Part shown: positions 39,462 to 47,073 of the stretch, in pieces
Layout of the letters: each line of letters starts with the position of its first letter
How positions within the stretch are numbered: position 1 is the first letter of the stretch
IMG/VR virus record: IMGVR_UViG_3300045988_058566
Coordinates: 122,600-186,599 of that record
Direction: 5' to 3' (one strand)
DNA length: 64,000 nt
Source of the DNA: a virus
The notes under the pieces: generated by a model
Told to the model about the DNA's origin: nothing
The model's input: only the letters and a program-made list of their open reading frames with translations
The model's database searches: none
Program-made: the position numbers and the translations under genes

Positions 39462-40184
39462 ATGGAAGATTTAGAAATATTTGGTATTCCTTATCTAGCT
39501 AAAGGTTCCGGAATACACATTAAAAAGGAAAATAGAGGGAAATTTACTGAAACTAAAAAGAGAACAGGTAAAACTACTGAAGAATTAACTCACAGTAAAA
39601 ATCCTCTAACTAGAAAGAGAGCCATATTTGCTTAGAATGCAAAGAAATGGAAACATGAAGATGGTGGCGAAGTACATAAGCCAAATGGTCATAGATCAAT
39701 ATTAGATAATGGATGGTTTAAAACAAAGGATTTAAAGAAGAATCATCCTCTTACATATTAGTAGGGTGGACCTTTTTAGATTAGTAATTCATAGCCTCAA
39801 GTATTACAAAGATATATTTCCTTAGTTAATTAGGGTATTCCATAGCAGGCTGCTTTTGACACTTCACACTTATCTATGATAGAAGATGGCAGACCTGGAA
39901 AATATTATTCATTCGGAAGAAGGGCATCTAACTTAGGTGGATGGACTAAAAATGCAACTGATAGTCTAACTAATGGTAGATATAGAAATTTATAGAATGC
40001 CTAGAACTTTGGATAGTTTAAGCAGGGATTAAAATAGAAGAACTATAATACAAGACCTGCTTTCTATAATACAGAAATGAATAGAGGAAGAAATAGGGAT
40101 AAATAGATTATTAATTAGTGGAATAAACAATAGGGTTTGAATCCAATCGCTCAAATATATAATTAGAATATTAACTAGGTATGA
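39462..40184 (+). CDS. hypothetical protein (240 aa, TAG-containing, plus strand)
   Basis: ATG 39462; codon-by-codon read MEDLEIFGIPYLAKGSGIHIKKENRGKFTE...RAIFA(TAG)NAKKWKHEDGG... with many in-frame TAG; ends at TGA 40182-40184. Confidence 0.55.
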
Positions 40185-40603
40185 GAAAAGCATAGTTATT
40201 AAAATATTAGCAAGGGGGTAAAAATAAATGGCATCTTGATAATCCTTATTTAGATGCAGCTGTAGAATTAACTCCACTGGGCGATGTTAGAGATATTTAT
40301 GAAGGTATGCAATCAGGTAATTACTAGCAATCTGTAGGAGGTGTAATAGGATTAGGAGGATCTATAATTGGAATTTCTGTCTTACCTAAATTAATAAAAG
40401 GCTATAAAGCATATAAAAAACTAAGTAAAGCTAATAAGATAGTTAGAACTAGTCCATTTAGAATAGTTAGAAATTAGGCTTATAATGAAGGAAGGGCTGC
40501 TTATAATACATTACACAGAATACCTTATTATAAAATTGCTGGTTCTGCGGTGGCTAAAGGAATAGATGGAATAAATGACCTAAAATCGATATTTAGTAAA
40601 TGA
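40181..40603 (+). CDS. hypothetical protein (140 aa, TAG-containing)
   Basis: ATGA overlap with the previous gene; in-frame TAG; stop TGA 40601-40603. Confidence 0.5.
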
Positions 40604-40701
40604 AAGATATAAATATACAATTGAATGAACTACAAGAATTTTTAGATTTTGTAGATGAAAGAGATAAGTAGTTGTGGAATAAATATTTAAGAACTAAATA
40701 A
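40600..40701 (+). CDS. small hypothetical protein (33 aa, one TAG)
   Basis: ATGA overlap; MKDINIQLNELQEFLDFVDERDK(TAG)LWNKYLRTK; stop TAA. Confidence 0.35.
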
Positions 40702-40710
40702 AGAATAATT

Positions 40711-41172
40711 ATGGGTAATATAAGAGATTTAATTAACAGTACTAGAGATTTTTTATTTTCTAATAGAACCCCCATTTAGAATATAACAGCATTAGCTATG
40801 GCTTATTAGAAATATAATCCTAATAGTCAGTATAATAAATAGAAAGGTAAATTCGGAGGTAGTAAATCTTTTAATGGTGGAGGTTCAGGCGGTTACTGGA
40901 CTTCCGTAAGGCATTCTGTTAAAAAATTTAATAACTTTAATGATGCCTTCGATGATGCAGTAGATAGAAAAGCTTCTACATTTACCTTTGGTAATAAATT
41001 ATATAATACCAAGAAAGAAGCAAATCCAATTAGAGAATTTAATAACAGAACTGTAGGTTCTTACAGAGATACTGTTATGGTTAATGATAGAGGTAAAAAT
41101 TATGGCGTAGATTTTGGTCCTATAAAAGGTCCTGCTAGTTTAATACCCTTAGTTTATGATACTGATAAATGA
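40711..41172 (+). CDS. hypothetical protein (153 aa, three in-frame TAG)
   Basis: Every codon read: MGNIRDLINSTRDFLFSNRTPI(TAG)NITALAMAY(TAG)KYNPNSQYNK(TAG)KGKFGG...; stop TGA 41170-41172. Confidence 0.6.
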
Positions 41173-41378
41173 AATAGTTTTTAATTAAATTAATAACAGC
41201 ACATACTGGAGTAAGTAGTAAAAGAGTGTGTGGAATATTAGGATGGATAGTTAGTTTAATAGTACTTATATATTGTAGTATTGTAACTAAACAAGCACCA
41301 GATATGATAGATACAGTTTTATATTGTTGTATGGGATTATTAGGTATAGATAGTATAACTAGTATATGGAGAAAATAA
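41169..41378 (+). CDS. small membrane protein, holin-like (69 aa, one TAG)
   Basis: ATGA overlap; MK(TAG)FLIKLITAHTGVSSKRVCGILGWIVSLIVLIYCSIV...; two hydrophobic segments; last gene of the cassette. Confidence 0.45.
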
Positions 41379-41407
41379 TTAATTATAGTAATTAATAGAT
41401 ACAATAA

Positions 41408-41439
41408 AAGGCGGCTTAGCTTAATTGCTAGGTCGCCTT
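41408..41439. terminator. bidirectional terminator hairpin between convergent genes
   Basis: aaggcggcttagc / gctaggtcgcctt stem (about 13 bp with G-U pairs) and T-rich flanks. Confidence 0.6.
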
Positions 41440-41461
41440 AAATATTTTATAATTTATAAAC

Positions 41462-41773
41462 TTAAATTGAAATATTAATCTTATTATTTTCACGTTTCTT
41501 AGCTACATCAGTACAATTCACTGAATTACCTATAGTGTGGTCTGTTTCTAATTGCAGAGAATATAGTGTATCTGAAACAAATGGAGATTTCAATTTTGAA
41601 TTTAACAAAACATTATCCATACTAGGATATGTGTAACCTCCGCTATTAATGTGTACAGAATTATTATAACTAGGAATCTCTTTAATACAATCAAGTATAA
41701 TTAATAATTCATCTATATTTAAATCAGACAATGCTGAGTGTATATTTTTAATAGTTGCTTTATAATCAATCAT
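41462..41773 (-). CDS. hypothetical protein (TAG-free)
   Basis: Intact 103-aa ORF; TAA stop. Confidence 0.5.
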   Translation of the reverse strand: MIDYKATIKNIHSALSDLNIDELLIILDCIKEIPSYNNSVHINSGGYTYPSMDNVLLNSKLKSPFVSDTLYSLQLETDHTIGNSVNCTDVAKKRENNKINISI

Positions 41774-41788
41774 TGTTTTAGAATTACA

Positions 41789-41974
41789 TTAGTATCTTAC
41801 CGATTGTTTGTTTAATTCATCTAGATAATTAAGAAACCATTGCTTATCTCTAAATGGTTCTGCTAGTACTTTATCTACTGTTTCCTCTGCTTTATTTAAA
41901 GACCGCATAGCATTTCTATTTAAATAGTCTTCGTAAATATTATAATTTTTAGTCAATTTGCTCATAACCTTCAT
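41789..41974 (-). CDS. hypothetical protein (TAG-free)
   Basis: Intact 61-aa ORF. Confidence 0.4.
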   Translation of the reverse strand: MKVMSKLTKNYNIYEDYLNRNAMRSLNKAEETVDKVLAEPFRDKQWFLNYLDELNKQSVRY

Positions 41975-42269
41975 TTATTATTCTTATATCATTATCATAT
42001 ATACTAGTGTGTGTATAACCAGTTTGTCTATTGACATAGTGATGTAAAATCACACTACTAGTATCATCTACATTGTCATCTATTACATAGTTCTTTTTAA
42101 TTATGTAATCTAAATAATTCTCAGCCTCTTTTAAATCCCCCTCATAATCCTCTTGGAAAAGGATTTGTATTTTACTATCTAATTTAGACTTTTTCAACTT
42201 CTTAAGTTTCTTTTCTAAATTAGTTGTTTTTAACAGCTTGTCATTTAATTTATAAATTGCTATAATCAT
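41949..42269 (-). CDS. hypothetical protein (TAG-free)
   Basis: Intact 106-aa ORF. Confidence 0.5.
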   Translation of the reverse strand: MIIAIYKLNDKLLKTTNLEKKLKKLKKSKLDSKIQILFQEDYEGDLKEAENYLDYIIKKNYVIDDNVDDTSSVILHHYVNRQTGYTHTSIYDNDIRIINEGYEQID

Positions 42270-42295
42270 AATATGTATCTTTTATAATTAAATTG

Positions 42296-42367
42296 TTCTC
42301 TCACAAGGATTCGAACCCTGACTAAAAGATTTAGAGTCTTCTGTGCTAACCATTACACCATAAGAGA
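42296..42367 (-). tRNA. amber suppressor tRNA, anticodon CTA, Gln-like body
   Basis: Minus-strand cloverleaf: tctctta tg gtgt aatggtta gcac a gaaga CT-CTA-AA tcttt tagt caggg ttcgaat ccttg tgagaga a. All four stems pair and the T-loop is canonical. It shares U1-A72, the D-arm (gtgt..gcac) and the variable loop (tagt) with the phage tRNA-Gln(TTG) at 53486. Confidence 0.9.
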
Positions 42368-42414
42368 ATATTAGCTAGCTATTAAAAGAACTAGCTAAAT
42401 GTGTATTTAAGTTA

Positions 42415-42813
42415 TTAGTTAAATTTAACTAATTGCTCATTTAAGTATTTAGTTTTATCTGCAATGAACTTTCGTGCGTGTGCTTTAAAATAAGAAATAG
42501 CAGAACGAACAGATTCAATATTTTCTGAGTCTAAACAATTTTGAATCTTTTGTAAACCATCATTACCAATCTGCTCGCAAATGTCTACAAACAACTCATC
42601 ATCCAAACCATTCAAGAAATCTGTAAACTTCTCTACTTCAGATTGTACTGGATTAGTGTATTTAACACTAAGTTCAAAACCATTATCTGAACTATTCATT
42701 GAAATATCTAAACCATTTTTATTAAATTTATAATCTTCATTATTTTCAGAAGCTTTCATAAGCTCTTGAAATTCTTCATTTGTCATTATTCCTTCTAACA
42801 AGTTTTCAACCAT
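42415..42813 (-). CDS. hypothetical acidic protein (TAG-free)
   Basis: Intact 132-aa ORF; first gene of the leftward unit. Confidence 0.5.
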   Translation of the reverse strand: MVENLLEGIMTNEEFQELMKASENNEDYKFNKNGLDISMNSSDNGFELSVKYTNPVQSEVEKFTDFLNGLDDELFVDICEQIGNDGLQKIQNCLDSENIESVRSAISYFKAHARKFIADKTKYLNEQLVKFN

Positions 42814-43024
42814 ATTAATTAATATTTTAAAATTGTTTTAATTTAGTTCTTTTTAATCACATTCTACAATAGATTAAATGTCAAAAATATAAAAGTTAAA
42901 ATAATTTAAAATGTGACAATAAAAGCTTTATACCTAAATTATTGTCAAAAATCATTGTTTTAATCCCCCCCCCCTGATTTAGTCTGATGTTAAAAATTTA
43001 GAGAGTTATTTAAGCTACGGTAGA

Positions 43025-43290
43025 CTACTCGTTTTAGCCCCCGGGGCATCGAGTAGGAAAAATAAATATTAAAATAGCCAGTTATTAGCAACTATTAAAA
43101 CATAGATATAAATAATTATATCGAAACCGAGCACGTCAAGCTCGTCTGGGGCAACTGGCAAAAGTACCTCATCGTCGGTCACGCATTCAGTCTGACCTTA
43201 AGCTACTGAATGATTTTGCCCATTTCCAAGAAAATGGGATAGTCTCGTCCACTCCGAAAGAGTGGTCGGCGTAATGTTGCGCCTAATCCT
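43025..43290 (+). other. GC-rich multi-hairpin region upstream of the first rightward gene (candidate structured leader or ncRNA)
   Basis: Hairpins ctactcg..gcccc/ggggc..cgagtag (43025-43056), cgagc/gctcg, cattcagt/actgaatg, cccattt/aaatggg, ccactc-cgaaa-gagtgg and ggcg/cgcc. Clearly more GC-rich than the flanks. Confidence 0.4.
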
Positions 43291-43299
43291 AATTTAATT

Positions 43300-43812
43300 A
43301 TGGCTACAGTAATCGTAAACAATGACGCTAATGTACAGGTTGCAAATGGTGGTGAGAATATGCGCTTACGCAATTCTATGTCCATCGACAACTTGTTGGT
43401 GGCATTCCCAGACAGTCTCCCTACAGACTTTATGCTCAAATTCCATAATGATTTGCGCTATCAGCGCAATAGAACAGAGTGGAGCGATAAGTGCTATTGC
43501 GGTTTGGTTCCATTCTACAACGGAGTTGAGCATATAGAGTTTGCTATGTTGCAATGGGATTTACTTGTCGCTGATATTGCAACATTCAATGCAAAAGGCG
43601 AGTTCGCTGGGTTTGTTACACCTAACGATGAACTTCACACCTATGCTCGTTCCACAGCTTCTGCCGACATCACGATAGAAGCTTGGATGCAGGGCATTGC
43701 AAAACACTTCAATGATAATGCAAAGGATTACAAGTTCACCAAGTTGAGCTATCTCTGCAAATATGAGGAGCGACTCTATACTCGTGTTCTACTTGGCATT
43801 ATCAAGAAGTAA
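43300..43812 (+). CDS. hypothetical early protein
   Basis: Intact 170-aa ORF; higher GC; terminator follows. Confidence 0.6.
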   Translation: MATVIVNNDANVQVANGGENMRLRNSMSIDNLLVAFPDSLPTDFMLKFHNDLRYQRNRTEWSDKCYCGLVPFYNGVEHIEFAMLQWDLLVADIATFNAKGEFAGFVTPNDELHTYARSTASADITIEAWMQGIAKHFNDNAKDYKFTKLSYLCKYEERLYTRVLLGIIKK

Positions 43813-43820
43813 ACTCTTAA

Positions 43821-43848
43821 AGAGGGATTTCCACTTGGATTTCCCTCT
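43821..43848 (+). terminator. terminator hairpin
   Basis: agaggga..tcca/tgga..tccctct followed by ttctttatt. Confidence 0.55.
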
Positions 43849-43894
43849 TTCTTTATTATTAATTTTATTATTAACTCTTTAATATTTTTACATT

Positions 43895-44233
43895 ATGATT
43901 ACCAACATTATTAAGAATTTGATTAAGGATATTCCTTCAGTTGCTAACTCCTCTATTCGTCTTATGAACGAAAATAGAGATAACGGTCAGGTCACCTTTG
44001 TAACTACTGATGCAAGCGCAGTTGCTATTGTGCTAACTAATGTACCAAAAGGTGCTCCGAAATCTATCTCTGCTTATAAAAAGCAGATGATAGCAGATTT
44101 TCTCTATTTAGTTGCTGTTGAGGGCGACCATATGCGTACCTCAGAAGGAAAGGGGTACACTCTTGCAGATATGGCAAAAGAGATTGACCTTATCATCTCA
44201 CAAGATGTTGTCTTGTGGGATATGAAAGGATAA
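43895..44233 (+). CDS. hypothetical early protein
   Basis: Intact 112-aa ORF preceded by TAACTCTTTAAT. Confidence 0.55.
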   Translation: MITNIIKNLIKDIPSVANSSIRLMNENRDNGQVTFVTTDASAVAIVLTNVPKGAPKSISAYKKQMIADFLYLVAVEGDHMRTSEGKGYTLADMAKEIDLIISQDVVLWDMKG

Positions 44234-44277
44234 TCTTCACGACCCAAGCAAGTCGTTAAACTGCTTATTAACATTAT

Positions 44278-44288
44278 TAACACATTAA
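44278..44288 (+). promoter_or_regulatory. TAAC-N4-TAAC-type motif upstream of an ATG
   Basis: TAACACATTAA, 12 nt before ATG 44301. Confidence 0.45.
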
Positions 44289-44300
44289 ATCAAACAAATT

Positions 44301-44822
44301 ATGATTACATTACATTTCACAGTTTCTAATTATTCAGAGGATTTCATTGAGTTAACACTTTGTGCTGAAGATAAGGTGTTGACTTCTCAGCAAGTCTCTA
44401 AGTACGCTTGGGAAAAGAACGAGAATGGTCTCCAAGACTATTGGAGATTTAAATTAATTACTGAAGTCCAAAAGGACATTGAAGGTTGGCAACCAAAATA
44501 TGAACTTCCAAAGGACATCTATGATGCTTGGTACAAATGGTACTACTTCATAGATGGGGAGGATGCTTCAGAGTTCATACGTGAAATAGGACGCTCTCAG
44601 CATACACTCAATTTTCAGTCTAGCTATGCCATTCTGTTAGGCTGGAAGTACTTCAAGAAGTTAAAGGCTGCAAAGTTCAAGACTAGCACAGCTGCTATTC
44701 TAGCTTATACTCGTGGTTATCTTGGAGGAATGGATGCTAACAATAGATACGAACAGGAGGGCACTGAAGCTCTCGGTTTGCTTGGTTTACAAACCCTACC
44801 AAATACAAATTTAGTTGATTAA
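44301..44822 (+). CDS. hypothetical early protein
   Basis: Intact 173-aa ORF preceded by TAACACATTAA. Confidence 0.6.
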   Translation: MITLHFTVSNYSEDFIELTLCAEDKVLTSQQVSKYAWEKNENGLQDYWRFKLITEVQKDIEGWQPKYELPKDIYDAWYKWYYFIDGEDASEFIREIGRSQHTLNFQSSYAILLGWKYFKKLKAAKFKTSTAAILAYTRGYLGGMDANNRYEQEGTEALGLLGLQTLPNTNLVD

Positions 44823-44881
44823 TCATAAACTTTTTAAAGCCGTTCTCAATTCAGCTCTAGTGTGGTGGAATTGTGTTCAAT

Positions 44882-45046
44882 ATGATTACTTACATTGTTT
44901 ATCTTTGGAAATATAATAACGACAGTCACGCTATGCTTTCCCGCAATGGCGAGTCTTTTGAAGAGTTCAAAAATAGAGTAAAGACTATCTATCCATATAC
45001 GGAGGGATGGCACCACCGATATTCAGAGTTCAAAGAGATATACTAA
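44882..45046 (+). CDS. small hypothetical protein (54 aa)
   Basis: ATG..TAA read by hand (MITYIVYLWKYNNDSHAML...); terminator follows. Confidence 0.4.
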   Translation: MITYIVYLWKYNNDSHAMLSRNGESFEEFKNRVKTIYPYTEGWHHRYSEFKEIY

Positions 45047-45050
45047 CTAA

Positions 45051-45090
45051 AAAATAACCCTAACATCATTAAATTGGTGTTGGGTTATTT
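45051..45090 (+). terminator. terminator hairpin
   Basis: aaaataaccctaaca / tgttgggttatttt stem followed by T-rich sequence. Confidence 0.55.
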
Positions 45091-45114
45091 TCTTATATAA
45101 ATATAAATAAAATT

Positions 45115-45300
45115 ATGAAAAAGGAAAACATTTTAAAATTGTTAGAAATCATTTATGATGAGACTAACAACTGCATAACTGAAAGTCGGGCTAATAACTA
45201 CTGGTGCACAGTTAATGAAATGAGTGAAGAGAATTTTCAAAAGGTTAAGAGTTTCTATATTGATTTTGTTAATGAAACTCTTCCAAGATTACTAAAATAA
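45115..45300 (+). CDS. hypothetical early protein
   Basis: Intact 61-aa ORF. Confidence 0.5.
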   Translation: MKKENILKLLEIIYDETNNCITESRANNYWCTVNEMSEENFQKVKSFYIDFVNETLPRLLK

Positions 45301-45302
45301 GA

Positions 45303-45342
45303 AAGGCTAACCTAGGGAAATAACTTCCTTGGGTTAGCCCTT
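45303..45342 (+). terminator. strong terminator hairpin
   Basis: aaggctaacc...gggttagccctt stem followed by tattttttt. Confidence 0.65.
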
Positions 45343-45356
45343 ATTTTTTAATTAGC

Positions 45357-45428
45357 TTTTCTCCCTTAAAATCTTCCCTCAGAACTCCCTAACTTCTCCC
45401 TCAACTCTTCCCTCTATTTTCTCCTCTC
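45357..45428. repeat. six tandem CT-rich iterons (consensus about AACTYYTCCCTC, 11-13 nt period)
   Basis: ttttctccctt, atcttccctc, gaactccct, aacttctccctc, aactcttccctc, tattttctcctctc; followed by two AAAATAGCC copies (45432-45440, 45452-45460). Confidence 0.7.
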
Positions 45429-45571
45429 ATAAAAATAGCCATAAATAGGTAGAAAATAGCCGTGTATAAGCACCTATTGTAACTTAGCAACAAGTATAAG
45501 TGTTGTGGTAGCAAATCTTGCATACTTAATGTATAGTAAGAGACTACATAATTAAATAAATAGATAAAACA

Positions 45572-46138
45572 ATGACAGTTATTGAAAGAATTAATGCCAA
45601 TAAGGCAGATGGTGCAATTAAGATGGGTCTTAGTGTGTTTACATCAGGTATGAAGCCTGTGTTTGATGGGGGTGCTGCTCTCAATGAGGGTGATATTCTC
45701 ATCTTCCCAACTTTGGAAGAGATGAAGGATCGCATCGGCTCACGTACATTCAATGGTAATGACTATGAGTTTATGGTCATTGATGTAGAGGCACCTGATG
45801 GTACTAAGCGTGCTATCAACTGGTTCCCAACTACATTCCAGAACCCATTGTTCGTATGGGCTGAGGATAGTGACAAGAAACCATATCGTACATCAGATGT
45901 GCTCTATCCAGAAGGTACAGCTGTTACTGAGTTCCTCAAAGTACGTGGTCAGTCTGACCTTGATGCTAATGGTAACATCATCAAGAGTGATACTCAGAAG
46001 GGTGTTGAGCTCTTGGCAGGTAAGAAAGTCAAGGTAAGCTCCAAAGTCTTGTATAAGACTACTGGCTTCAAGAATGGTGTGCAAGACACATCAAAGCTTA
46101 TCGATAAGGCACTCTTCAAGTACGACCTGGTAGCTTAG
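45572..46138 (+). CDS. hypothetical early protein (stops at TAG then TAA)
   Basis: Intact 188-aa ORF; higher GC; stop TAG 46136-46138 followed immediately by an in-frame TAA. Confidence 0.65.
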   Translation: MTVIERINANKADGAIKMGLSVFTSGMKPVFDGGAALNEGDILIFPTLEEMKDRIGSRTFNGNDYEFMVIDVEAPDGTKRAINWFPTTFQNPLFVWAEDSDKKPYRTSDVLYPEGTAVTEFLKVRGQSDLDANGNIIKSDTQKGVELLAGKKVKVSSKVLYKTTGFKNGVQDTSKLIDKALFKYDLVA

Positions 46139-46147
46139 TAAGTTAAG

Positions 46148-46381
46148 ATGATAATCTGCAAAGGTCGCCATCTTAATCCTCTATCTCGGAAACTAATAAC
46201 TGTAAAAGCTCATAAAAAGGCTTCAAGGTTATTAGTTTCTGAGTATAAGTACTATAAAGTTCGAGAAGACATCACCAAGTATCCAGCTTGTGATTGTTGG
46301 TGGCAACTAGAACTATTAGAAGTACTTAGAAATGGAGAACGCCGATATTCTGTTAGACAGTGTTATTTATGCAAAACATAA
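46148..46381 (+). CDS. hypothetical basic Cys-containing protein
   Basis: Intact 77-aa ORF. Confidence 0.45.
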   Translation: MIICKGRHLNPLSRKLITVKAHKKASRLLVSEYKYYKVREDITKYPACDCWWQLELLEVLRNGERRYSVRQCYLCKT

Positions 46382-46722
46382 GCGGATAACACAATCGAGA
46401 CGGAAACGGCTGCAAGGTGGCGCTGGAGTGGGAGAGTGGTTTTTACTACTTTCCCATTACAAGTGAATTTTCAAACATTGGGGGCATAAGTAACTCACAC
46501 TCCAATGTTTTAGTGAAACATAAATTAAAGTCATAATTAAATAGGGATTAGAAACCTTTTAGTGTATAGGTTAACTAATAATAGCTTATGCAAAAATAAA
46601 ACTCAGCTAGGGAGAGTATAAAATTCATGTTGATGAGACCTAGACGAAACACAGAGGAAAATTATTAATTACAAGATAGTATTAGTAATGACTCTGTGTC
46701 CATAAACTAAAATAAGTAAAAA

Positions 46723-46734
46723 TAACACATTAAC
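46723..46734 (+). promoter_or_regulatory. TAACACATTAAC motif
   Basis: 3 nt before ATG 46738. Confidence 0.45.
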
Positions 46735-46737
46735 AAT

Positions 46738-47073
46738 ATGGAAAAGAATTTAAAAAACTTTATTACTACTGTAATTAACACAGTGGACATGTTTGAAGAA
46801 GCAAAGAAAGCTCTTCTAACAAATGATTTATGGATGAACTGTGTTATTACACAAATATCCAATAGACTCCCAAAAGAGAATATTAAGAAACATTTAGCAA
46901 ATGTTATCAACAATATTGCTAATTATTCTAGAGAAAATTATCCATATCCAGGATACTTAGATATCGTGGATACTCCAAATAAAGTAGCTATCATAGTGGC
47001 GACTAATTACATTAACTATGTAATAAGTTTAAGAGTTCCTGGATCTGATATGGATATTGATATTCATCGATAA
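46738..47073 (+). CDS. hypothetical early protein
   Basis: Intact 111-aa ORF; TAACACATTAAC lies 3 nt upstream of the ATG. Confidence 0.55.
   Translation: MEKNLKNFITTVINTVDMFEEAKKALLTNDLWMNCVITQISNRLPKENIKKHLANVINNIANYSRENYPYPGYLDIVDTPNKVAIIVATNYINYVISLRVPGSDMDIDIHR

Noticed and set aside
40029-41404. Minus-strand track ORFs 40029..40277, 40593..40775 and 41135..41404
   Set aside because: They are hydrophobic low-complexity antisense shadows. The plus strand carries a coherent ATGA-coupled gene chain once TAG is translated.
42965-42974. C10 homopolymer as a packaging site, genome terminus or phase-variation tract
   Set aside because: This cannot be distinguished from a sequencing or assembly artefact using the sequence alone. 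It is kept only as part of the junction finding.
43203-43554. ORFs 43203..43439(-), 43322..43537(+) and 43366..43554(-)
   Set aside because: They are nested in or antisense to the longer 43300..43812 ORF, which has its own start context and terminator. The same reasoning removes 45544..45753, 45798..46037 and 45893..46084 around gene 45572..46138.
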